From Rhopilema esculentum (Eukaryota), in assembly GCF_013076305.1 (NCBI RefSeq), contig NW_027019299.1:9808265-9872264 (forward strand): a stretch of 64,000 nt of DNA, written 5' to 3'. Below the pieces are notes generated by a model. It ran no database searches and was not told the origin of the DNA. It was given only the letters and a program-made list of their open reading frames with translations. The translations under genes and the position numbers were made by a program. Below, one piece after another: positions 37,122-48,399 of the stretch. Each line of letters starts with the position of its first letter. Position 1 is the first letter of the stretch.

Positions 37122-37251
37122 AATATATATAAAAAGAAGAAAAAGTGACGAAGGCCAAGATGATCTTGAAAAGATTTGGAATGTGCAAGAGGTTGCAGGC
37201 GATTATGGTTCCGGTGCCTCAAGTCCTCCGCAGTCTCCTAAAGACGCTTGA
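37122..37251 (+). CDS. SLC46-like paralog 3, exon 8 (C-terminal tail, stop TGA)
   Basis: Acceptor ctatcgaAG|AATAT. LIYIKRRKSDEGQDDLEKIWNVQEVAGDYGSGASSPPQSPKDA*. Total 1485 nt, 494 aa. Confidence 0.75.
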
Positions 37252-40200
37252 CCTCAGGTCAATGCTGGTTCCTTTTATATTCAAAATACAATGCTGTATT
37301 GCTGGCTTCCTCCACAATTCAAAACTTTCTCTTCCCTAATGGACCGATTTTCTTTCAAATCATTATAATATTTCGCGGACCTTCGGCATCGAAAAAGAGG
37401 ACATATACTTCACCAGGGTTTCAGCGTCTTGTAGCCAATCATTTGTTTCATTCTATTAAATGATACAGTTTCCCGCAGTGAGACAGGTTCTCAAAATACG
37501 AAAGTCCGAACGCATCACATACAGCAACTCTGTATACATCGAAAGAGGGAATGAGGAGATTAAAAAACGTTAAATAGTCCACCCAATTAAGCGATATACA
37601 TAGAGCATATGTCATCCAATCCCCTAAAAGTAAGGCAGATAAATTTACGAGTTTCTTGCTCAAGCTTCAAAACTAAACGAAATTTTTTCTTAAAAGTGTT
37701 AGTATTTTAAAATTTTTATTGAATTTTCTGTATTTGATTTTACCTAAAGTTGTCTCAGAGGCATAGAAGCAAGGGCTGGGGGAATGCTGGGGGAGTGCAG
37801 GGGGAGTGTAGCCCCCTAAAGCTCAAATTTATCAGGCACTTTTGGAAGATTTTGCTTCTTTATCGAACTTTGTAGCTTTTTTCTTGCTTCGATTTCGAAA
37901 TTCTTCTCTACACATGTGTGGGAAATTTATATTTTTAGCTCCCTAGAAATTTAATCTACACTGCGCCCCTGCCAGGAGACAAGGAATTCAGCGAATATGA
38001 TGTATTAATGTGTTGAATGAATACCTTATGCACGTATTCTTTTGTCTTATTGTCTTTTTGAACCAAAACCTTCGCTACTGCACGGTCGGATGGCCCCCTT
38101 TGACTAGAGAGGAGCAAAAAATTTAGAAACTTTTTTAGGGCCCCTCTTCGCTCGGGGCTCGGGCAATCTGCCCCCTCTGGGTGGGCCTTATTGGTAGGCC
38201 TAGTGTCTGTATTTGCCTTGAGCATGAGCACCATAGAAGCATTTTAAAAGTTTGGGGCACATGGATGCATAAAAGGGCTTCTCCAAAAGCTGCAAATATG
38301 TACTTTATCTCTGTTTCTGGAAGCTGAGGGCGCACGTGCCGCCCTTTGCCCTAGTTCCTACACCTATGCGTACCCCCTAATTGGCGCCTCACCGCGTAGT
38401 GTTGTAACAGTGTTTCCAACGGCGACTATGTAAACTTATGATTATAAGTTTATTATTAGGATTAATTCACTGTCACGAAAAGTTATTTATATATTAACTT
38501 TTAAAGAATAGAGCCAAAAAGGATCCTTCAATGCTCTGCTTCGTCTACCTAAACCCCCTCCCCCCTCTACTCGTTTAGTCTTCATGCTATGAGAGCTCCA
38601 CCTTTAAGAATTTCCTCGCATAAAAATTCCTCTTACTATTAAATGTTGTTAAATTTTGTTGTTAAATTTCGTTATTGTAACTTTGAGTAATATAGTTAGT
38701 TATAGTGTAGTAAATTTGGTGTCATTTGTATATAGTGGATTTGAAAACAAAAGAAGCTAAATTGAGCTGAGGTTGAGATGGGTGTCCTATCTAAAAAGGG
38801 ATGTCTGTTCGACGTATATTTGGCTCCTCAGAAAACCTGACTACATTTCTCTTTTGATAAAAGCCAGATAATTTTGCAGAGGTTTGAGGCTCTTTTTTGT
38901 AATATTTGATTGTAACAGTACTGTTAATTTTTCTACAACAATTTGCTATTAAATTTTTTCCAAGATTACTTGATAACAGTCTTGCAATTTTCAAAAACAC
39001 ATTCTTTTTTCTTATCATTTTTTATCAACAATTCTGGCAAATCGAGCCTCAGTGTCCTAATAAGAAAGAGTGTACGTGTTTGCTCAGCTGCACCAAACCT
39101 GTCAAATTTTATTTTTGAAAATAAGTGAAAGTGCTTGATGGGGGAAGGCCGGGACTGCTATTGGGGTATCAAGGGCAGGTGCGGATCTATAATTAATCCT
39201 TAGTGGCACACGGATAAAAGGGGGCTGGGGGTATAACCACCAGAAACACTACACCCTCTAGTTCTTTTGAAACCCCACTTTGAGTAAGCACCTGTTTACA
39301 GAATTTGAAGGTCTACTGCTCAATTAGCTAATTCGAATTAACATAAGAATAGAATTCGAAAGTAGATAGAAAAATGCAGGAATTTATGAAAGCCGAGTAG
39401 AAATGAATGGGTCAGAAACAAATTGGTAGCGACATTCCTGTAGATCTCGTCAAAAAAGACACTTAGCAAGCAAATTAAAACCAGCTTTTGTGAAGTCAGT
39501 ACATTTCGCAGCGCATGTCACTGATTTCTCTGCCCCACGTTGGGCGCCATTTTATTTAGAACATAGCTTCGGTAAAGTGAAGACGTAAATGAAACTCCCT
39601 ATCGTTTGATTTTATCCTTAAATATATAAAAACATGACTATATGCAACTATAACATGAAAATAACTCATTGGTCTATCGTAAAACTATATAGTGTATCTT
39701 TGTCATGACATCACTGCTTCACTAAAAGTCCTTCATCAAGATCTAAAAGTAGAAAAATGTTATTTTAGTTCCATAGCCAAATAACAGGAAATATTTTCAT
39801 TGAATTTAGATCTGCATATTTTCACTTTTTACTGTAGCTGTAATCTGGCAGGTCTCATTTACGAAAAGAACAGTGACCACAGAAGCTAGGGGGTTTGTGG
39901 GCTGAAGTCCCTAAAAAATTTCAGAACGGCAATTAAAACAAAGTTCCACGGTGCCTGGAAAGGAACCATAAACTTTTATAGCTTCTCCAGTGCCACAGCT
40001 ACCAATTCACCTGCGCTACAGCAATCCCTCGTTAGAACACTTAAATTTTGGGCACAACTGAAGAGTATTATGGATTTCAGGGTATGTGAATTTCAGACTG
40101 ATCAGCTTACTAGAAAGTCGAATACAAAATGCGAAATATGTTATTACATGCAATCAAATAAAAAAAGGAAGAGCTGAAAATATTGCTTCAAAGCAAGTCT

Positions 40201-40391
40201 ACATCTTTACCAACATCACTTGATGCTATTTACTTCTACTAATTGGCAAGGTAACGAAGTAGTTAATCTAACCTCAAAGTTTCTTACCCACCAGTGCCAC
40301 GTCTCCTGTTCGTCTTTAGATGATTTGCATTGATTTCAACTGACAGAAAAAATTATACATGTAAAACATGTATTATGGTCTTCTTGTTATT

Positions 40392-40425
40392 TTCTAGGTA
40401 TTATGGATGATGTACATTTGTTGTT
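40392..40425 (+). pseudogene. Second tiny exon-4 acceptor relic (ttttctAG|GTATTATGGATGATGTACATTTG)
   Basis: Matches the acceptor plus first ~25 nt of exon 4 (ttctAG|GTATTATGGAATGTGTAGTTTTCG in paralog 1), then diverges. Confidence 0.35.
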
Positions 40426-41037
40426 GATGATTTGTTTATCTTAAATTCTGATTTACTCATTATCTAAGCACATGACAATCAAAAAATTAAAGCAAAACGT
40501 TCAACGTTTATTATGCTTTTGAAATTAATGAAAAGAATCATCTACACCCAAAGCGTCTATGTTATTTAGCAAGAAAACTATTTTGATTACTAAATGACAG
40601 CTTTAAAAATTGTTCACCTGATATCACTTTTAATAACCTGAAGGCTGATATCTTGGCCAAAATGATCTTCTCGGTAATATATTTAAAGTCAGAACAAAGG
40701 TGCACGTATTAAGTTTCAAGTTCAATTAAATTATTTTATGCTTATTAAGTTTCATCTGTACTTTGAGGAATTTTTCTATGAATCCTTCAAAAACATTTTC
40801 CAGAAATTTTCTGAAGCACCGGTCTTATGTTCCCTGACTTTTCGCCTGCAAAACAGCAAGGTAGTCTTTCAAATTTATTTTGATTCAAAAGACATTGGAA
40901 TTAAGCAAAAAAAATTCGCGGCGAAGCGTTCGTTACAAAAACCACTTAGCGCTGAACTTCTGTTTTAAAAACCTGTCGGCTTAGGCCTTTGGCTTCTGTG
41001 AGCCGCCATTTTTAGCACCGTTTCCATACTTTTGTGA

Positions 41038-41226
41038 CCCTAGTGTAGTTTGTATAGGACCAACAGCTAGTGATTTTGCCTGTGGACCTTTTATCAGCAA
41101 ATATGGCTCCCGAATCCCATTCATTTTTGTCGTTGTTTGCCAAGATGTGCTCTGTCTCCTTGTTATTTTTGCACTGCCAGAATCAATTAAAAACAAAGCA
41201 GTTGAAGGCACCAAATGTTTCACAAC
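41038..41226 (+). pseudogene. Orphan SLC46 exon-4 relic (fourth-copy remnant) with intact reading frame and GT donor but no flanking exons
   Basis: Translation VVCIGPTASDFACGPFISKYGSRIPFIFVVVCQDVLCLLVIFALPESIKNKAVEGTKCFTT|gtaaat aligns residue-for-residue with exon 4 of the three paralogs (~55-60% identity). The 5' end lost ~11 nt relative to the functional acceptor. No exon 1-3 or 5-8 homologues were found within +-3 kb. Confidence 0.55.
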
Positions 41227-42375
41227 GGTAAATAACTAAAAGTAAAAAACACTATTTTACTAAATGAAACAATCTGCTATTTGAGAATACCGACTTTGAT
41301 AACGAAAAAACCTGCAAAGCAAAAATATGCGTATTCGAAGATAAAATTTTGCAATGATACTGAATACAATTTTGCTACATGATTCGATTAGACTTTAGCA
41401 TTATCCTTTTATCTTTTCTTTCCATTTTGTTTTTCATTCTAAGTCTGCAAATTGACGTGTTATCATTGATGCAAGCAAGTAAACAATTCTAGTGTTTTTT
41501 GCGTTGGGTTGAAGTTACAAATTCCATTTTTTAATGCGATGTGCTGACAATGCCTAGAGAAGTATGACAAAGGCGCCATATTTTCAAACTTTATTGAAGT
41601 GCCAAAATTTTCGAATTTTTCAAGGCGTAGCCAAAGGAAGCAAAATCTTTTTTCTGGCTTTTGAGAAAATTAAACCATAATATTTTTCTTATTTTAAAGT
41701 AATTTTTCTGTTGCAATCTTTCAATCAGTCTTTCAATCGTTTGCAAAATATACATCCATAGCTTTGATGTTTCTTTCTTCAATTGCTGGCATCGATTGCC
41801 TGTTTTAGGGCGTTTCAATACTTACAGTTATTGCGGGCAAATCGTTAGAGGTCCTATCCTGCAAATTTCGTGCACTGTCACTTTTGTCGCACTCTATGCT
41901 AGTAGCTTGCAACAGTATGGGACTTCCAACTGGCACTATCTTCTGTGGCGCTTCGCAAGGCTCCTATTTAGGTCCACCACACTTTCTGAACTAAATTTAT
42001 AATGATAAACTTGCCTTGAAAAATTGCAAAGTAATGATGTAGCATATCATATTCCGCTAAGAACATGGCAGGTCCTACGTTTAACGCACTTCTTAGGCTC
42101 GCAAAGAAAAAATCAATTTATTGGCAAAAATTCATTGTCATCTAAGAAGAACATTATGGAAAAGCCCTCTCATAGGGTCTCGCGACGACGGCAACCTCCC
42201 ATACCATTTTTTTTGTCTTTACTTCTTCTCAATGAAATATCTTCCTGTTGCCTAGTGACTCGCGGAGACGAGGTTGTCCAGGAAACAACAAACCGCCAAA
42301 AGAGCAATGGCCTAAATCAGTGCAGATCATGAAAAGTAGTAGCAGATTAAGATAGTATTGCAAAGGGGGTGAAAT

Positions 42376-42807
42376 ATGGAGGGGGATGAAGAATTTCTGG
42401 TCCCGCAGAATTCTTTTGCTGATGAGAGAGATTTCACTAATACTCCGAAATCGCGGAAAGCGACTTTAAACTCTTTGGCAACGTCAACATCTTATAATTA
42501 CTCGAAAGAAGGAAGTGATAGCAGACTAGCAAGAACACCAGCGCAGTCATTTAAATCTAGAACAAACGATACTTTGTTGCAAGAACGGTCCATCACTCAG
42601 CTAAGTGGGACTTCACTAACAGCTAACACATCTAATATTTCTCAGAAAGTCTCCTCTAACCAAATACTCTATGACATGTCAATGCTCCGTAGTGGCCATT
42701 CTGCTATGCATGAACTGAAGTCGCGTTTATATAATCGCCCAGTTGACAGTGAAGTCTTCAAAACTCTGAACAACAATGGAAGTTCAAACACAAATTTAAA
42801 AAGCAAG
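42376..42807 (+). CDS. Dynein heavy chain (axonemal-type), first coding exon with initiator ATG. Low-complexity S/T-rich N-terminus
   Basis: ATG in good Kozak context (aaatATGg), preceded by an in-frame TGA. 144 codons ending AAG|gtaaat (phase 0). The dynein assignment comes from the downstream exons. Confidence 0.55.
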
Positions 42808-43493
42808 GTAAATTTGTCTCCCCTTGTGTATATAATGTTTTGACAGGCACCAAATTGATGATAAGATGCAGTCATTACTCCAACTGGATTGAAATTAGAA
42901 ACCCAAATTAAACATACACTTAGCATCAAAATCAAACTTAGCATTTGCAGTCATTGCTGCTTTAAATACACATCCTTAAGACTTCCTTTACACATCCTTT
43001 AAATATCGCTGGATGCATTGACTAGTTATTATGCACTAGAGGGATGGAGGAAAAGGGGTCTCCAGATCCCATTTTTTGACAAAGTGGGTGAATCATTCTT
43101 ATTTTCCAAATTCCAGCCCCTCTGAGGATGTCCTGGAAACCAATTTGACCTTTTTTAGGCATTTATTTTGTTTTGAGAATGTTTGATTCAGGATGCTTTG
43201 ATTCTGTTGCCTTAGTAAAATTTTAAAACTTTGGTGTCACCTTGTTTTTCCCTTAAGAATAAACATTCTAGGACTTCCTTTTCCTAAAATTTGGGGCATG
43301 AAAAATTTGTTTTTGTTGAGGCAAGATCCTAAATTGTTTGCAAATTAATTTTTGAAATGTGTACTATTATATATTTCTGAAGCAAGGCAACAATTGTTTG
43401 GCCTTGGGGATTGTATTCTTGTTTCTAATGAAACCAAAATCTCTGTCAGATGGGCTCAAAGTTTAGCTGAATTGTTTGCTTTTCATCTTTTAG

Positions 43494-43601
43494 AGCCTAC
43501 CACACCCTCCAACAAATGCATCTCCATCTAAAGTTCCATACAAAACTATGATGCTGAAGAAAAAACAAGTTAAGCCTGAGACAGTACCAGATGAACAATC
43601 A
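43494..43601 (+). CDS. Dynein heavy chain exon 2 (tentative)
   Basis: Acceptor tcttttAG|AGCCTAC. SLPHPPTNASPSKVPYKTMMLKKKQVKPETVPDEQS. Weak donor TCA|gtagta. Phase bookkeeping 0/0 is consistent. Confidence 0.4.
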
Positions 43602-43995
43602 GTAGTATGCTTACTGTTATGTTTTTTGTATTTTTGATGTCCTATCTCTAACAGCCAAGATTTTTTGTATGATGTTCATGGTTGGAAAAATTTTTTTGTA
43701 TGTCAATTGATGATACAGCACATGCTGGCTAATTATTGTTTACCTGGAAGAACTATGCCCTTTGTAATTTTAAATGCTCTGTGAATTACTCACAGCTGTG
43801 CATTGATATTTCAACAAGCCCTTTTCTTCAATCAATGACAGACACTTTGAATTTTTAATTAATAAACATTATTTGAGACCAAAAGATCAAACAACCATCT
43901 TATCTACAAACCCATGATGGCAATTATCCTTCATTTTTAGAAACATCTAGCTGTGTTTCTACTAAAACACTTTTTTTGTAATTTTCTACTTTTAG

Positions 43996-44355
43996 GAAGA
44001 AAATTTTGCTCAAACCAAACCTCTCAAAGATGAAAATAACAGAGACCCCAAACAGTGGAAGGAGGAATGTGCTGAAAATTTTCCAAATGAGATTTTACTT
44101 ATCATTTATGATCTAAGAAAGCGGCTTGGCTGGCCTTGTAAAGGCATTGAACTAGGAGAAATGCCAGTAGCAAAAAAGACAATTGATACAACAGAAAAAG
44201 AGTTGAAAGACGATGGAGAATTTAGGTACTGTATTGACAGAGACCATAGAAAGCCAAAGTCAAGATACAATCCATATGATTTGGTAACCACAAAGCCAGA
44301 TATAATTAAAAAGAGTGATAGATATTTCACTGTTACAGCTACCTATGTTACTATG
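43996..44355 (+). CDS. Dynein heavy chain exon 3
   Basis: Acceptor tacttttAG|GAAGAA, donor CTATG|gtatgt. ...ILLIIYDLRKRLGWPCKGIELGEMPVAKKTIDTTEKELKDDGEFRYCIDRDHRKPKSRYNPYDLVTTKPDIIKKSDRYFTVTATYVTM. Confidence 0.65.
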
Positions 44356-44567
44356 GTATGTATTTCAACCTTTATTGATTATTTTCAAAATGTCTCAACA
44401 AATGGCTAACTGCTTCTAGAGATGACTAAAGAATCCATTCAGTGGACTCCTATTTAACCATGTTAAAAATAAACATATTATTTTTCCTCAGATTTGCACA
44501 TAACTTTATAAACATTCCTTCTTGTTTTTGTATGCGAGACTTGAAAGTTTTCTTATTTTTATTTTAG

Positions 44568-44671
44568 GTGAGAAAGGGAGTAGAAGCAGAAGTATCACCT
44601 GTTTTAGATTGGCTTAAAGAAAGAAAGCTATTTTTCAGCATCTACAAGATACCTTTCTTCGATCAGTTCAG
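44568..44671 (+). CDS. Dynein heavy chain exon 4
   Basis: Acceptor tattttAG|GTGAGAAAG, donor TTCAG|gtaaat (phase 2). VRKGVEAEVSPVLDWLKERKLFFSIYKIPFFDQF(R). Confidence 0.65.
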
Positions 44672-45050
44672 GTAAATTTCTTTAATCAACTAGAGAATGC
44701 CATTCAGGGCTGTTACTTCTGGGAGGGAGAGGGGGAAAGGCCTGTATTTTTGCGTATAGTTTTAACCAATAAGATTATGAAATATATTTTTCATTTTATC
44801 AAACTTTTTGCTGTAATTGAAATTTTAAATTTGGTCCCTCTTCCAATTTTTTGTGAAAATTACTGCCCTGCATTAGGTTATGCTAAAGGGACAAGCAGTT
44901 ATGTCTTGTTGGAAAGAATACCAGCAGTCATAATTCAACTCTTTTAATAAGTTTGAGGATTGATCAAGTTTATCGTACCATCAAGAAACTGTGAGAATAA
45001 GAGTTATTGTAACTCTCTTGCTGGCTATGTCGAAATTGAGCTCTGTTTAA

Positions 45051-47958
45051 AGGGCCACTCCAGCCCAAAATTTTTTTTGCATAAATTGGTAGTTAGTCAA
45101 GAAAAAGAAGCTATCGTGAAATTTTTTTTCGAAAAGCTTAACTCGTTTTCCAGATATAGACGCTCAAAGTTGAGAATCACCGTAAAAATACGACAAAATT
45201 TTTTTCGGAAAAAGCACTTTGTGACGTGTGAAAGGGCTATTGTTTCAATATTCGGCTCTATTGTTATACGTTCGCACTGAAATTCGCACGACTCGGTAGA
45301 GGCTCGGAAGAGGCGATTCATGTCGGAATCTCGGTTGTCGTTTTATTTATTTTCCTTCTTTGCGATTGATGTTCAGCGGAGGCTTCCAGCCAACATGGAC
45401 TAGTAATTCGACAAATCAAAGATGGAAGCTTCAACCTGAACGCATACCCTCATCTTGGCAACGCAGCAAGCTTTTTAATGTGGAATGCTTCACGAATTTT
45501 CAGATGTGAATGGATTTCTGACCGAAGGCATTTCTTATTGTCGTGTCATCTCAGGAATTTCCAGGGAGCTGAATAATAATTGATGTCTCACCGCATTAGA
45601 AGAAGAACCCCATTCACAAAATGGAAACTTTCCCGTAAGTCACAATTCAATCTTATTATCATTTTACTATGTTGAATGTTAGGCGAAACTGCAGGGTGTA
45701 GAGGTTTGGAGGGGGTTTGGGGATGGCGTGACACGCACCCCCTAAGCATCGCAATTTGCCGTGCTTTGAGCAAAACTTCGTCCTCTAAATACAGGTTTTC
45801 TAACAGCCAGTCTTGTGAACTGTCTCCCAAATGGTCAGAAATGTGGTAATATGAAAAGTACCACAGGGGCTCTCAAGCAAAATGTCACATAAAATATTAC
45901 CAAAAGTAGAAGTTTGCTACTTTTTTGTACCAACAAGGGGGCCTGAGCCTCCTAGCACTACATCCCTGCCAATGATCTGTGCACTACACCTTTGCCCGAG
46001 GTATAGATGTGTAAAATTTCCCAGGGTTTGTCTCCTGAACCCTTCTTCTTCATGTTCTACCTTGTTCTGCCTTCAATTTTGGAATTCTGCCTATTTCATC
46101 ATAAAATTGATGCACAATTTCAAAATTTTGCCAGATCAATATCCAGGGCAAAAGATCTACTACCCAAAAGGAAAAACATGGAATTTACACCCTTGGTCTT
46201 GGAAAAAAGATGTGTAATATCCTCATTCTAATGTTTTAAAGGCAGAATTGTTTATATTTGTTAAATTTACCTTTGCTATTCTAGCATTGATTCATATAAG
46301 CATGGCCTATATCATTTAAATTCATCTTTGTGTTACTTCAAGTTAATATCCTTAGATGCTATTTGCTATAGTAACAGTGGTTGCCCTTTCACCCCTAAAT
46401 TTCTCTTTGATCCTTCTAAATATCTATACTCGGAATGCCCCTGAGTGTCCAAGTTTCTTTGATCATTTTATGTTTTAATATGACTCAAAAGTAAATTTCA
46501 CTGGTATGTTGGTATTTATCCCTGTCAACCTTATTATTCTAGGCATAAAAAAGGTAACAAACTCTTTTATGGATCAGCAGAAAGGATCTTGCAAAAAAAT
46601 GCTAGATGAAGGTTGGAGATTACATGCATCCTGTCATCTGGCTACTGGCTTTGTGGGAGTGATAACTTGCCCCTCTCTTCCATTCAAGAGTTACCACAAA
46701 GACCTCAACACATTATTCTGTTTTTGTATTAACATTTTTACAAAGGAGACTATATTTAAAATTATCAAAATTTTATATATAATTTGGTCATATATAATGT
46801 TTGCAAATTATTTAAAGCTAGTAACAACATATAGGTATTTTCTAGAAGTTTTACAATAGATTATTGTTTCATGATACTTTTATAAGAACATTTCTCATGT
46901 GCAATAGAAATTACAAATTGCTAGCTAGTTCACTGGCCTGATTGTATAATTCAATGTAGCCAAGTATTTAAATACATCAAACATGTATTTATTATTCATA
47001 AATATAGCAGGTTGAGATTCTGACAGCTTAAAGGAGCCGACAAGGCCCCTTTAATAGCTTAAAGGTTAAAAACAAATATTATATTTACAAAAGTATATTG
47101 AAAAAGTTGAATTATTAATATAATCTCAAATCCCTTTTTTGTTTGTATAAAAACAAATTCATAATTTTTGAAAAAGTTGTTTGACTCATGACTAATGGTA
47201 GGTTTTTAGTCTTGTCTTGAAAGTTGTATACTTTCTTGTCCATGTCCTCATTTGTCCTGTTTTATTTCCAATAAGTCATGTTGATATGAAGCTCTTTATC
47301 CTAATGAATATGTTGTGTCAATTCATACAGCTTTCATTCCCGGTATACTGGTTTTGTTTTCTTCTTTCCTCCCGAATTAATTGCGCGATGTTTTTTAGCT
47401 GTTGCACTAAAGGAGGGGCTGATGAAAAAGCGCGAATCTTCTTTTTAAAATCAGGGAACTGGCCTGCCAATACAAATTGCTTCAAAAGCAACATTCCATG
47501 AAAGTCTGTCAACATCCTCATGTCTATGTCTCGCTGGCCTACTTTGCCAATTCGACTTCTCTGTCAGAAAGATTCGTGGGACAAAAAACTTCCATATTCG
47601 ATCAGAATATCAAGACTGATGAGCGATACTTCTCTCTTTATATCGATTCCAGATAAAAGTCTGGCCTTCTAACAAACATGCCGCTGCTAGGCCCTGTCTG
47701 CCATTTCGCAACGTTATCGTTGACCCTTTGGACAGCCGATGATACTTGCCGCGAACTTACCGAGACCGAAAATGCCTGTGACGTCAATCCGAAGATCTCC
47801 GATAACACGGTTGAAAAACAATTCAACTCAATGACCATTTTACAAACGCTAATAACTACAAAACAGTTAGAGATATGAAAAAAATAATAACAGATTCGTT
47901 TTCAGGAGGTCTGATTACATCGTGTTCTGAAATAAAAATTTTGGGCTGGAGTGGCCCT
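45051..47958. mobile_element. TTAA-flanked non-autonomous TIR element (~2.9 kb, piggyBac-like target duplication) inside dynein intron 4
   Basis: 25-bp TIR AGGGCCACTCCAGCCCAAAATTTTT (45051-45075) and its exact reverse complement (47934-47958). TTAA immediately outside both ends (45047-45050, 47959-47962). Internal ORFs (45882-46217 and others) have no transposase-like motifs. Confidence 0.6.
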
Positions 47959-48336
47959 TTAAGTAAAATTTGTATACATGCCCTTCTTCATCTCACATTA
48001 CTTTTGATCTACATCTGGATGTAAATTTTTGCTCACCTTTTTCCATCATCCGACGTTTATCCTCTAAGGAGAATCAGGTGGAAAGTATGTGCGCATGTCA
48101 TATTTCCGCTCTTTCTTTCTATTTTCAAATTTTCCGGTACCAAAGGCTTCTTTAACATATATGTCGAAATTTTGATGTTCTAAGATGCAAGTCACTGGTG
48201 AGTTCACTCATCGTATTGTAACTATATGCAACCGTAACATTACTGGACTTAATTGATTCCTGTAATTTACAGAAACTCATTTTCAAAGTTAAAAACACAA
48301 AAAATTTAGCATGATAATTTTTGTGATGTCTTGTAG

Positions 48337-48399
48337 GATTCGGAAAACTTTCCTAAACTGGAAAAAAAATGTTCGATCAGCTAGAAACACAGAAAGCAA
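48337..48399 (+). CDS. Dynein heavy chain exon 5
   Basis: Acceptor cttgtAG|GATTCGG, donor GCAA|gtaagt. Phase 2/2. (R)IRKTFLNWKKNVRSARNTES(K). Confidence 0.55.

Noticed and set aside
42165-42275. Possible RFX X-box or TCTCGCGA-type promoter motif upstream of the dynein ATG (GGTCTCGCGACGACGGCAAC; GTTGCCTAGTGACT)
   Set aside because: Only half-sites (GTTGCC / GGCAAC) are present, not a spaced palindrome. I cannot distinguish this from chance without a PWM scan.
42024-42332. 102-aa ORF immediately upstream of the dynein start codon
   Set aside because: No recognisable motifs and low complexity. It ends in a stop before the Kozak ATG at 42376 and is most likely 5' UTR or promoter sequence.
45882-46859. 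ORFs of 111-117 aa inside the TTAA-flanked element
   Set aside because: No DDE/transposase or other conserved motifs. Hydrophobic, low-complexity translations. Treated as non-coding interior of a non-autonomous element.
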